Shown here: in pieces, positions 50,111-59,426 of the stretch | Position numbering within the stretch: position 1 is the stretch's first letter | Layout: each line of letters starts with the position of its first letter | The notes under the pieces: generated by a model | Seen by the model: only the letters and a program-made list of their open reading frames with translations | Databases searched by the model: none | Told to the model about the DNA's origin: nothing | Program-made: the position numbers and the translations under genes | Assembly: GCA_963840035.1 (NCBI GenBank) | Contig: CAWIXE010000003.1 | Span: 224,001 to 288,000 of the forward strand | DNA: 64,000 bases | Direction of reading: 5' to 3' | From: a candidate division FCPU426 bacterium | GTDB taxonomy: Bacteria; Oederibacteriota; PGYV01; Palsa-1178

Positions 50111-50221
50111 GTATAAGGATAAGGTTTTCCTTAACCCTTACCCTTAATTCTTATCCTTAGCCAGTAGCCTTTGTACTTGAGGGCTAAAGGCTGAGGATAA
50201 GGGTTAAGTATAAGGCTAAGG
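50102..50221. repeat. Hexamer (TAAGGN/CCTTAN) inverted-arm element with three tracts
   Basis: AAGGGTTAAGTATAAGGATAAGG / CCTTAACCCTTACCCTTAATTCTTATCCTTAGCC ... GGCTGAGGATAAGGGTTAAGTATAAGGCTAAGG. Confidence 0.88.
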
Positions 50222-50263
50222 TAAAACAAGCAAGCTGCGCAAAATATACGGAGGTTGTTGATA

Positions 50264-50968
50264 ATGAACATTTCGGCTTTTTTTCCTGCTTATAATGAGG
50301 AAGGCAACATCGTAAAGCTCGCGGAAAAGACTTCGAAGGTGTTGTCGGAGATTTGCGCGGATTACGAGGTTATCATTGTAAATGACGGGTCTAAGGACAA
50401 CACGGCCGCTGTTTCAGCAGAGCTTGCAAAGCGCGATAAGCACGTTAGGGTCATCAACCATGAGAAGAACCGCGGCTACGGCGGAGCTGTAAAGACCGGA
50501 TTAAACAGCGCGAAGTTTGAATGGGTGTTTTTTACCGACGGCGACGGGCAGTTTGACGTAAATGAAATAAAGGAACTGGCCAAACTTACGGATAAATATG
50601 ACTTCATAAACGGGTTCAGGATAAAGAGGGCTGATCCGTTCCATAGAAAATTAAATGCCTTCATGTGGGGCACCATGGTTAAGCTGCTTTTCAGGTTTAA
50701 GGTCAAGGATGTGGACTGCGCCTTTAAGCTTATGAAAAAAGAGATCATAGACAGGGCGCAGATGGAATCCGAAGGGGCCCTCTCGTCCACGGAACTGCTT
50801 GCAAAGGCGACAAAGATGGGCTATAAGATAGGAGAGATAGGCGTGCACCACTACCCGCGCACAGCGGGCACACAGACCGGCGCGAAGTTAAAAGTAATTA
50901 TAAAAGCGTTTGTGGAGCTTTTCAAGCTCTACGGAAAGATACAAAAATGGGGAAACGTTACAAAATAA
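50264..50968 (+). CDS. GT2 glycosyltransferase (DPM1-like)
   Basis: FFPAYNEE, VNDGSKD, FTDGDGQFD, DVDCAFKL. Confidence 0.9.
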   Translation: MNISAFFPAYNEEGNIVKLAEKTSKVLSEICADYEVIIVNDGSKDNTAAVSAELAKRDKHVRVINHEKNRGYGGAVKTGLNSAKFEWVFFTDGDGQFDVNEIKELAKLTDKYDFINGFRIKRADPFHRKLNAFMWGTMVKLLFRFKVKDVDCAFKLMKKEIIDRAQMESEGALSSTELLAKATKMGYKIGEIGVHHYPRTAGTQTGAKLKVIIKAFVELFKLYGKIQKWGNVTK

Positions 50969-51912
50969 TCCTGGCGCTGTTGCTGCCTGCGGCCTTAATG
51001 GCGGGCGGGACAACTGGCGCGGACATACTGAAATTTGAACCGGGCGGAAGGGCTTCGGGCTTGGGCGGCGCTTACGCGGCCTGCGGCAATGACGTCGAAT
51101 CCATTAACTACAATCCGGCTGGCCTGTCATCGGTTACGCTCAAGGAATTTCACGCCACGCATACCTGGTCATACGGCAGCGTTATGGCGGAGCAGTTCTC
51201 ATATGCCCAGCCCATGGATACCGCTTTCATAGAAGGCTGCGCCGGCATTTCCGGGATTTACAGGTACATGCCTGACATAGCAAATCCGGACGCCACGGAT
51301 GAGCCTGTCAAATACTATGACTTCCTTGTCAAAGCCACATACGCATCCAACTTCGCTAAGATGAATGTCCTGCGCGAGGACTGGGCAAAATACATAAACG
51401 TAGGCGCGTCGCTCGGGCTTGTCATGGAGCAGATAGCCTCCTACAGCGGCTCCACCATAATCCTGGACCTGGGGGCGCAGTTTAACTTCTTTGATACAGG
51501 CTTAAAGTTCGGGGCGGCCATAAATAACGCGGGTTTAAACATCACCCACTCCGGCCCTGATGGCGCGTCGCCTGTGCCGCTTATAGTAAGGGCGGGCGCT
51601 TCATATAATTTCAAGATTGACAATGATAACACAATGACCGCCGTATTTGAATACATACAGAATATATATGACAATCCGCGCCTGGCAATTGGTTTCGAGG
51701 ATGTGGTCATGAACCTGATCTCCTTAAGGGCCGGATATAACACGAGCGTGGACACCCGCGACGCGGCATTTCTTTCGGCAGGCGCGGGCATCATGGTAAA
51801 CCAGCCGGGGCTTTTTAACGTTGTCATAAACTACACATACAGGCCCGCCATATGGGGCGGTTTTAATAACGTTGAGCACACACACTTAGTCTCGCTGCAG
51901 GTTAAGATATAA
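50947..51912 (+). CDS. PorV/PorQ-like (FadL-type) outer-membrane beta-barrel
   Basis: Signal peptide, ILKFEPGGRASGLGGAY...NYNPAGL, ISLRAGY. Confidence 0.75.
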   Translation: MGKRYKIILALLLPAALMAGGTTGADILKFEPGGRASGLGGAYAACGNDVESINYNPAGLSSVTLKEFHATHTWSYGSVMAEQFSYAQPMDTAFIEGCAGISGIYRYMPDIANPDATDEPVKYYDFLVKATYASNFAKMNVLREDWAKYINVGASLGLVMEQIASYSGSTIILDLGAQFNFFDTGLKFGAAINNAGLNITHSGPDGASPVPLIVRAGASYNFKIDNDNTMTAVFEYIQNIYDNPRLAIGFEDVVMNLISLRAGYNTSVDTRDAAFLSAGAGIMVNQPGLFNVVINYTYRPAIWGGFNNVEHTHLVSLQVKI

Positions 51913-51914
51913 AA

Positions 51915-53906
51915 TTGTCCAGGAAAAAGCCAGCGGCAAAACCGGCGGCAACTGACGGCGCCGGCTTCTTAAAAAAAATCATTATCCCCGCGGCGCTTGC
52001 CGAGCTCACGTTCCTCTTTATTATTTTCTCAGAAAACATCCTTCCGGCTCTTTACGCCGTTGCGTCCGGCGGCCTCCTGTTCTATTCGCTCTCATGGGCC
52101 GCCCTCGTGTGCATATTGTACATGCTCACTGAATCCATCAAAAACGGCAGGGCTCTGTTGATGTTTCTGGTTGTAACAGCCGCGGCAATTATTTTTTTTT
52201 ACATGAACTTCTGGTACAGGATGTGCCTCAGCGCTTTTTACATCCTGTTGATAGCTTTTTTATACCGCGGCACGGCAATTTTGCTGCCGGGAAAAACAAT
52301 ATTTACCGACGTGAATGGGTTTTATTTTAAAGCGGCTTCGGCAATGCTCGGGACCATACTTTTCTTTTCCATCATACGCAATGGCTGGGTCTCTGATGAC
52401 GCGTACATAACCCTGCGTACGGTCGATAATTTTGTGAACGGATACGGGCCCAGATGGAATGTCTTTGAAAGGGTGCAGGCATATACGCATCCCCTGTGGA
52501 TGCTGCTAGTGTCATGTTTTTACTTTTTTGCCAGGGACGCTTTTTATACGGTAATTGCCGTGTCCGTAGCCGCCGCCGCCGGCGCGATAGCGTTATACGC
52601 CTTCCAGTTCCGGAAAAAACCGCCGATGCTTTTTGCCGGTCTTATCATGATGTTCCTTTCCGAGGCGTTTATCGAGTTTTCCACTTCAGGGCTTGAAAAC
52701 CCGCTGACCTATCTTTTCATAGCGCTGTTTTTTTTAGTCTCCGCCGGAAAAAAAAGCGCGGGGGTAAAAAAGGTGTTCCTGCTCTCATTGATATCGGGTT
52801 TGGCAGCTTTTAACAGGATGGACACGCTGCTGCTTCTCGCGCCGGCGCTTGTGTATCAGGCCCTTGCGGTAAAAAAACCGGGCGTAATTAAGGCTGTGCT
52901 CGCGGGTTTTACGCCGTTTTTTATCTGGGAATTGTTCTCTGTTGTATATTACGGATTTCCTTTCCCGAACACCTATTATGCCAAGGTGGTGGATACAGGC
53001 TGGAGTGTGTTGTTTACCGCGTTCAAGGGATTTAAATATTTATTGAACCTTGCGGAAATGCAACCCGTAACTCTTTTTGTCATTGCCTCCGGGATAATCG
53101 CGGGGCTGCTGTCATATAAAAAAAACAGGCCGCTTTTTTTCCTTTCATTGGGCCCGCTGCTTTACACGCTTTATGTCGTGATAATCGGCGGCGACTTCAT
53201 GGCTGGCAGGTTCTTCGCGGCGCCTTTTTTCATGATGGTCTTTGTAATATCATATTATGAATTTGACCCTAAAAAACCGGAATATGTCTCATTCTTCGCG
53301 CTCATTTTCCTCTTTGCGGTCATATCGCCTTATACGCCGATAACAGGCGGCGCTTTTTTTAAATGGGGGGTCAGGGACAGCAACAACGTGGCGTATGAAA
53401 AATCTTTCTACATATATTGCTCAGGCCTTGCCGCGGGGACCGCCGATAAATACGGGACTCCGGTGCCGTACTGCGAATGGGCCATTGACGGCAGGAATTT
53501 CAGGATTGCAATAGAAAAGGGCAGGGACAGGGTTTATGTAACTAATAATACGGGGTACGTCGGCTATTTCGCCGGTCCTAAGGCATATATTATAGACAGG
53601 CTGGCTTTAACTGACGCGTTCTTATCCAGGATCAGGCCGGTCAGCGGCAGCGTAGGGCACTTGAGCAGGGCCCTGCCGGGAGGGTATGTCCAGACACTAC
53701 GCACAGGCAGCAACATGATAGAGACACCGGAGCTTAAGGAGTTTTATGACAGGCTGTGCGTTGTGACAAAAGGGCCGATTTTTTCAGCAGAGAGGTTCAG
53801 GGAAATATTTAATTTCAATACGGGAAAATACAGGAAGCTTGCCTCGCCAAAGACAATATTCATAGACACCACTTTCGAAGAGCAGGATAAAGGGGTTTTT
53901 GAGTAG
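51915..53906 (+). CDS. GT-C membrane glycosyltransferase, AftB-like
   Basis: WVSDDAYITLRTVDN...ERVQAYTHPLW, TSGLEN, YYGFPFPNTYYAK, GGDFMAGRF. Confidence 0.8.
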   Translation: MSRKKPAAKPAATDGAGFLKKIIIPAALAELTFLFIIFSENILPALYAVASGGLLFYSLSWAALVCILYMLTESIKNGRALLMFLVVTAAAIIFFYMNFWYRMCLSAFYILLIAFLYRGTAILLPGKTIFTDVNGFYFKAASAMLGTILFFSIIRNGWVSDDAYITLRTVDNFVNGYGPRWNVFERVQAYTHPLWMLLVSCFYFFARDAFYTVIAVSVAAAAGAIALYAFQFRKKPPMLFAGLIMMFLSEAFIEFSTSGLENPLTYLFIALFFLVSAGKKSAGVKKVFLLSLISGLAAFNRMDTLLLLAPALVYQALAVKKPGVIKAVLAGFTPFFIWELFSVVYYGFPFPNTYYAKVVDTGWSVLFTAFKGFKYLLNLAEMQPVTLFVIASGIIAGLLSYKKNRPLFFLSLGPLLYTLYVVIIGGDFMAGRFFAAPFFMMVFVISYYEFDPKKPEYVSFFALIFLFAVISPYTPITGGAFFKWGVRDSNNVAYEKSFYIYCSGLAAGTADKYGTPVPYCEWAIDGRNFRIAIEKGRDRVYVTNNTGYVGYFAGPKAYIIDRLALTDAFLSRIRPVSGSVGHLSRALPGGYVQTLRTGSNMIETPELKEFYDRLCVVTKGPIFSAERFREIFNFNTGKYRKLASPKTIFIDTTFEEQDKGVFE

Positions 53907-53935
53907 GTGATTTACTATTTGTAAGCAGGTGTCTG

Positions 53936-53958
53936 GCAGCCGCAACCTTCAGGTTGCG
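53936..53958 (+). repeat. REP of the GTAGCCGCA family next to the RAYT
   Basis: GCAGCCGCAACCTTCAGGTTGCG. Compare 16663-16722. Confidence 0.7.
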
Positions 53959-53988
53959 AAAGGCGGCATTAATATTAATAAAAATAAT

Positions 53989-55087
53989 AAAAAGGTGTCA
54001 GGTCCTGATTCGTGATTCTATTTTATTGACAAAATAAAATTAGTAAATATAATAACAGTACAAGGACTTCAAATAATTAGTGAGGGCTAATTATGGGACG
54101 ACCATTACGCATGTTTTTATCCGGGTATTCATATCATGTGATAGCCCGGGGAAATGAAAGAAAAAATATTTACAGGGATGATATAGACCGGAAGAAATTC
54201 CTGAAAATAATGAAAGAAGCTGAAAAGGAGTTCCAATTCACGGTTTTATCATATGTTTTAATGAGTAATCACTATCACTTCCTAATTGAAATAAAACTAC
54301 CAAATCTATCCACTATAATGCATTTTGTGAATTTATCATATAGCCGGTATTTTAATAGTAAATACAAGCGGAGTGGGCATTTGCTCCAGGGGCGGTTTGA
54401 GGCGATACTGGTCGAACATGGTCAGGATTTGCTATATGTTTCGGCATATATCCACTTAAACCCTGCCAGAGCAGGCATGGTAGAGCAAGTTATAGACTAC
54501 CCGTGGAGTAGTTACAGGCAGTTTACCGGAGGGTTTGACAGCGGCATAGCAGTTCCGGAGATAATCCTGCAGATACTCTCGGAAGATAGAATGGAAGCTG
54601 TAATGAAATATGAAGAGTATGTAAAAACAACAGCTATGGAAAGCCCGGATAAGGCCAAAAAGCGGGTATATGGCGAGTATATTATGGGAAGCGAGAGTTT
54701 TGTAAGAGATATAAAACTTCTTTTAAAAGGTAGAAAGATGTCTAGAAGCATCGCCGGACGGAAGAAACTCAGAAAGATTTATGGGGAAGTAAATGTAACG
54801 GAAGCTGTTAAAAAGTACTATGATTCTGGCGATGAAATATTATATAATAAAAGCAGGTGGGATAAACAAAAGTGCATTCTGATGTTCCTACTAAAACGAG
54901 ACGCGGGTATGACATATGCAGCAATAGCCAGAAAGTTTGGGGACAGGGATTCAAGCGGTGTTGGTAGGATGTGTAAGAAAATTGTGGATGAGTGCGCACT
55001 TGGAGGGAGGATTGAAAAGGAAATAAGGGCGATAGAAAAAGCATATGTTAAAAAATAGAATCATGAATCAGGACCTGACACCTTTTT
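53989..55087 (+). mobile_element. RAYT/Y1 transposase element bounded by 36-bp inverted repeats
   Basis: AAAAAGGTGTCAGGTCCTGATTC(G/A)TGATTCTATTTT at 53989-54024 and reverse complement at 55052-55087 (35/36 identical). Confidence 0.85.
54093..55058 (+). CDS. REP-associated tyrosine transposase (HUH Y1) with C-terminal HTH
   Basis: YHVIARGN, MSNHYH (HUH), GHLLQGRF, YIHLNPARAG, YPWSSY, C-terminal TYAAIARKFGDRDSS. Confidence 0.92.
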   Translation: MGRPLRMFLSGYSYHVIARGNERKNIYRDDIDRKKFLKIMKEAEKEFQFTVLSYVLMSNHYHFLIEIKLPNLSTIMHFVNLSYSRYFNSKYKRSGHLLQGRFEAILVEHGQDLLYVSAYIHLNPARAGMVEQVIDYPWSSYRQFTGGFDSGIAVPEIILQILSEDRMEAVMKYEEYVKTTAMESPDKAKKRVYGEYIMGSESFVRDIKLLLKGRKMSRSIAGRKKLRKIYGEVNVTEAVKKYYDSGDEILYNKSRWDKQKCILMFLLKRDAGMTYAAIARKFGDRDSSGVGRMCKKIVDECALGGRIEKEIRAIEKAYVKK

Positions 55088-55091
55088 TACT

Positions 55092-55316
55092 GTTAAAGTT
55101 CCCGGCTGGGAGATCTGGCTGCCTTTTGGAATTCAAATTACCTCTCACATTTTAACAGCGTTTTTTTGGGGACCATGGCAATATAAACTTTCAACAGATA
55201 AATCGGGTGGGAAGAGCGTTTATCTTGCCAAAATATTAAAAACGCACTGGATTAGAACAGCATTATGGAATGCTTGCGGATTAATGTTCTTATTTATAAC
55301 AATTCAAATATTATGA
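55092..55316 (+). pseudogene. 5'-truncated membrane protein remnant
   Basis: Open frame VKVPGWEIWLPFGIQITSHILTAFFWGPWQ...THWIRTALWNACGLMFLFITIQIL* with no usable start codon. Its TGA overlaps the next ATG (ATGA, 55313-55316). Confidence 0.6.
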
Positions 55317-55879
55317 TCATGAAAACAAATGTTATTTTATTCTTATTTCTATCGGTTACATCCGTTTCTTTTGCTGCAGGCGCAGTTACCACAACAGCTT
55401 ACGCTGAGCAGAATCTTTTTCCTTATATCACAGTTCAATCTCTTGATGATAGACAAGTATCCTTGCCTTATGAAGTGACTTCCACCGGTAAAATTTCACT
55501 GGTAACCATTGCTTTTTCCAAGCCTGATGACAATGACATATCTTCTTGGGTAAAACCGTTTATAGATAACTTTGAAGGGAACAGCAAAACCACTTATTTT
55601 GAAATAGCTTTAGTCGGTGATATAGGCATATTGAACGGACTAATTTTTAATAATATGCGAGGAGGCGCTTCTGATGACAAAAAGAAACACGTACTGGTGT
55701 ATTTTAAAGATAAAGATGTTTATAAACGTTTGTTGAACATAACTGACGATTCACTAATATATATTTACCTTCTCGACAAACACGGTCTAATAAAACTTAT
55801 TAAATCCGGAAAAAAAGCATCATAAAAGGATACTGAAGATATAAACAATGTTGCGCAAGCCCTCTTGATTCTCCAATAA
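55313..55879 (+). CDS. Secreted thioredoxin-like/ATP10-like protein, probably with a premature stop at 55823
   Basis: Signal peptide, FPYITVQSLDDRQVSLP, YIYLLDKHG. The frame continues 17 codons beyond the TAA. Confidence 0.55.
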
Positions 55880-55925
55880 AAAACATCAGTTAGTATGATA
55901 TATATTACCGGACTCCTGCCGTGAA

Positions 55926-55960
55926 TCTAATTTCGTATAAAATACTTTGTGCGCAATTAC
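55926..55960. other. dif-like tyrosine-recombinase site, copy 1
   Basis: ATTTCGTATAA-AATACT-TTGTGCGCAAT (55930-55957), 11-6-11 geometry. Confidence 0.65.
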
Positions 55961-56081
55961 ATAAATCCAGTTTCGTTAAATATTCATTATATTTATAGCA
56001 GCAATAAACTTTGACAAAATTTATAATTAGGCATATCCTAATAATCAAAGTTACCAAATACATGGAGGAAAAACATATAAA

Positions 56082-57371
56082 ATGACAAATATTATTAAAA
56101 CAATCTCATCTTCCGGCGCCGTACAAGGCGTCATTATCGGCGCCGTGCTGGGCTGGTACACGCTCGGAATTATCGCAAACATAAAGGCCGCCAAAGTCAA
56201 TGGCTGGATCACCATTTTCGGATGGGGCGTACCCGGCAATGGCATGGTGCTGCGGGCCGCGTGCGTTAAGATATTTCCCGGCCCGGTAAACGTGCCGAAG
56301 GAGGCGATGTACTGGACGACTACCAAAGACGGTGCGGGCAACAAACTCAACGGCAAATACGACTACATCATGCACTTTCCGGCAGGGCAGCTTCCGCCGA
56401 ACAATGCATTCTGGTCGTTAACGATGGGTGATGCCAAACAACGCTTTGTGCCAAACCCCCTCAATCGATACAGCGTCGGGGACAGGTCGGGCCTTGTGCC
56501 TAACGCCGACGGTTCCACCGACATATATATCCGGCACACGGCTCCGGCCGGCCGCGAATCAAATTGGCTGCCTTCTCCAAAGGGTTATTTTATACCCTGG
56601 CTGCGGGTCTACGAGCCTGGCGAGGCAATTCTTAACGGCAAATACCAGTTGCCGCCTATCGTCAGAGTACAGGCACAAGGCGCCACCGGCCGCCAAGGCG
56701 CAATACCGGAATATATATACACCAATCCATATGCGTCCGCCATGGCGGCGCTCTTCGCATGGGTCATCTACCAACACTTATCCACGGGGATCATGCCGCT
56801 CGCCGTGGCGGCCGCCATAGTATGGCCGACAGCCGCATTCCTGTTCATCTACTTTTGGCCGCGGCTCCTCTTAAACGTGTACAAAAAAGCGGCTCTAGTT
56901 AAGGGATTCGGAGACGGTCCTATTCCAATCAATACGCTCTATACACAGCCCCAGGCTCTCTTTGCGGACCCGCTCCATGCAACGCTGTCGCCGGGAAGCT
57001 CGCCATTAATGAGCATGGGCACGAACCGTGACACCTTATATGTGGTCGGCTGTCTTGACCTCTCCAAAGGGCCTCAAATCCTGCATGTGCCGGACATGGC
57101 CGGCCGCTACTACAGTGTGCAGTTTACCGACCCATCAGACAGCACTAACTTTGCCTACGTCGGCAAACGCGTCACAGGAACCAAAACCGGCGACTATCTC
57201 ATTACCGGCCCGCGCTGGAAAGGGACCATGCCGCAGGGAATGAATCAGATATCATCGCCAAATAATTCGGCGCTTGTTATCGGACGGGTGTTCGTGGAAA
57301 ATGACAGTGACCTTTCGACTGCCTATAACCTTTCAAAACAGATACAGCTCACGCCATTAAACAGGAATTAA
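56082..57371 (+). CDS. DUF1214-DUF1254 fusion membrane protein (reversed domain order)
   Basis: N-half HFPAGQLPPNNAFWSLTM...NWLPSP; TM pair; C-half NRDTLY...DLSKGPQILHVPDMAGRYYSVQ. Confidence 0.8.
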   Translation: MTNIIKTISSSGAVQGVIIGAVLGWYTLGIIANIKAAKVNGWITIFGWGVPGNGMVLRAACVKIFPGPVNVPKEAMYWTTTKDGAGNKLNGKYDYIMHFPAGQLPPNNAFWSLTMGDAKQRFVPNPLNRYSVGDRSGLVPNADGSTDIYIRHTAPAGRESNWLPSPKGYFIPWLRVYEPGEAILNGKYQLPPIVRVQAQGATGRQGAIPEYIYTNPYASAMAALFAWVIYQHLSTGIMPLAVAAAIVWPTAAFLFIYFWPRLLLNVYKKAALVKGFGDGPIPINTLYTQPQALFADPLHATLSPGSSPLMSMGTNRDTLYVVGCLDLSKGPQILHVPDMAGRYYSVQFTDPSDSTNFAYVGKRVTGTKTGDYLITGPRWKGTMPQGMNQISSPNNSALVIGRVFVENDSDLSTAYNLSKQIQLTPLNRN

Positions 57372-57503
57372 CCATTATTTTTAGACGGCCGGCAAGTATA
57401 GATATAAAATATCCCGATTAAAAGGCATATTATTGGCAATGGCAGGAAATACTGATTTTAGCGATATGAATTAAATACTTTAAATCTTCATCAAACATCG
57501 AGT

Positions 57504-57538
57504 TCTAATTTTGTATAAAATACTTTGTGCGAAATTAC
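57504..57538. other. dif-like tyrosine-recombinase site, copy 2 (direct repeat, 33/35)
   Basis: ATTTTGTATAA-AATACT-TTGTGCGAAAT (57508-57535). Confidence 0.65.
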
Positions 57539-57549
57539 TGTTTTTTAAA

Positions 57550-57577
57550 GTTTCGTATAATATAAATTATACGAAAT
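57550..57577. other. Symmetric loxP/dif-like palindrome
   Basis: TTTCGTATAA-TATAAA-TTATACGAAA, perfect 10-bp arms. Confidence 0.6.
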
Positions 57578-57657
57578 CATTCCCAACCCAAACACTTGAC
57601 AACCGTAAAAAACAACTATATAATAATGATAATACACATATAAAGGGAGGTACTTCC

Positions 57658-59343
57658 ATGAAAAGAAACATGCTGATTCTTACCGTAATGCTTGTACTCT
57701 CATCAATTTCCATGGCGAATTATTTAACTGATATTTCCGCGGTTGCCGCGGGCGCTTATCCGCGCGGTATTACGGCGGCGGATGTTAACGGCGACGGCAT
57801 TAAGGAAGTGGCTGTGGCTAATTTCGGCACTGAGACTTTAATCGGCCAGGACACGGCAAAAGAACCTGATTCCTCAATTTCCATATTTACTAAGTCCGGT
57901 AACGGGTCGTTTTCTGAACAAAAGATAAAAGCGGGCAAGTCACCCAGGGGTTTAGACGCGGCTGATTTTAACAATGACGGCAAAGATGAACTTATCGTAT
58001 CAAACTATGATGATGGCACTGTCATGATACTTTTAGGAGAAAGCACGGTAACTCTTCAGGCAGGAAGGCACCCGGTTGGCGTTGCGTCCGGAGACCTGGA
58101 TAATGACGGCAAAAAAGACATTGCAGTGGCCGTATATTCCGACAATAAGGTCGTAGTATTCTTAAATGACGGCATGTGGACCAAGAAGGAAATAACGCTT
58201 ATTGGTTCGCCCACTGACGTGGCCATCGGAAAGATCGGCAGGGGCAGCGCGATTGTCTCCGCCAATTATACGACGGGCGACTTAAGCGTAATAAGACTCG
58301 ACGCGTCAGGGCTTGTAAAGACTCAGGATTTAAAGGCCGGCGGCGGGCCGTGCAAGGTTGAAGTCGCGGATGTGACAGGCGACGGCGAAGCCGACATTGT
58401 GGCCTCAAACTTTTATGATTCCACGATTACCGTTATCGGCGTTGACGCGGGCGGGAATTTTAAGGACGCTGTTGCTTATCCTGTGGGCGGCAGGATGCCA
58501 AACGGCATGGCAGTGGCAGATGTTACAGGCGACAAATTAAACGATGTCATTACTGCAAACAGGGATGACGATACCATAAGCGTCCTTGTGCAAAAGGACG
58601 GAATACTTCTGGCACCGTATACAATCCAGGTTACAAAAGACGACGTAAAAACATACGGCCCGGTAGAGGTAATAGGGGCTGATATAAACGCGGACGGGTT
58701 AAACGACGTGGCTTTCACGCATATGAGGAGCAATACGCTTCGCGTTATGTACCAGCAGTTCCCGAAAGCGCCGGCGATAACCTCGGCAACCCATCCTGAC
58801 CAGAGCGCGTGGTATACTGAGGATAAGGCAGCGCTGTCATTAAGCACCGTTGACTTATCAGGCGTGGCTGGCTATTACTGGCTGGTGACAACGGATGAAA
58901 AGTACTTCGACATCAAAAAAGCGGCTTTCACGGAAACCGCCGATGTAAAAATATCCTTAAGCGACGCGGGTGTGAATTACTTTAAGGCTGTCACAAAGGA
59001 CATAAACGGCAATATCAGCGCGGTTCCCGCGGTATATAAGATAAACATTACCGAGGAAATGAGCGAGAAGAACACTTACAATTACCCGAACCCGTGCAGC
59101 GGCCCGACTACCATCAGGTTCGCGCTGGCAAAACAGAAGGAAGTAAAAATACTTATAACTGATATCAAGGACATTCCGGTATGGCACAGGGACCTCTCCG
59201 CGGCGGAAGTAATAGCCGGGGTGAATTCGATAACATGGAACCTTTTAAATGACGCGGGGAAAAGGGTGAATAACGGCGTTTATATCTTTAAGGTTATTAC
59301 AGCTGAAAAAACAGTTTCAAAGAAGATTGTAGTTATTAAATAA
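57658..59343 (+). CDS. FG-GAP/VCBS repeat secreted protein with T9SS/FlgD-like CTD
   Basis: RBS GGGAGG, repeated ADxNxDGxxD, C-terminal YNYPNP...NGVYIFKV...KKIVVIK. Confidence 0.87.
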   Translation: MKRNMLILTVMLVLSSISMANYLTDISAVAAGAYPRGITAADVNGDGIKEVAVANFGTETLIGQDTAKEPDSSISIFTKSGNGSFSEQKIKAGKSPRGLDAADFNNDGKDELIVSNYDDGTVMILLGESTVTLQAGRHPVGVASGDLDNDGKKDIAVAVYSDNKVVVFLNDGMWTKKEITLIGSPTDVAIGKIGRGSAIVSANYTTGDLSVIRLDASGLVKTQDLKAGGGPCKVEVADVTGDGEADIVASNFYDSTITVIGVDAGGNFKDAVAYPVGGRMPNGMAVADVTGDKLNDVITANRDDDTISVLVQKDGILLAPYTIQVTKDDVKTYGPVEVIGADINADGLNDVAFTHMRSNTLRVMYQQFPKAPAITSATHPDQSAWYTEDKAALSLSTVDLSGVAGYYWLVTTDEKYFDIKKAAFTETADVKISLSDAGVNYFKAVTKDINGNISAVPAVYKINITEEMSEKNTYNYPNPCSGPTTIRFALAKQKEVKILITDIKDIPVWHRDLSAAEVIAGVNSITWNLLNDAGKRVNNGVYIFKVITAEKTVSKKIVVIK

Positions 59344-59373
59344 TTTTCAATTCTAAATTTTCAATTTTAAATT
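59342..59373. repeat. Orphan AATTTTC arm followed by a GC hairpin (59384-59408)
   Basis: AATTTTCAATTCTAAATTTTCAATTTTAAATT; AGCGGGGCGT-GAAAA-ACGCCCCGCT. Confidence 0.75.
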
Positions 59374-59426
59374 GAAAACATACAGCGGGGCGTGAAAAAC
59401 GCCCCGCTTATTTTTAAGGGGATGAT

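Noticed and set aside
2022..55879. Programmed recoding or an alternative genetic code as the cause of the interrupted genes
   Set aside because: All three stop codons end conserved genes normally, and the lesions lack slippery motifs. Mutation or assembly error is simpler.
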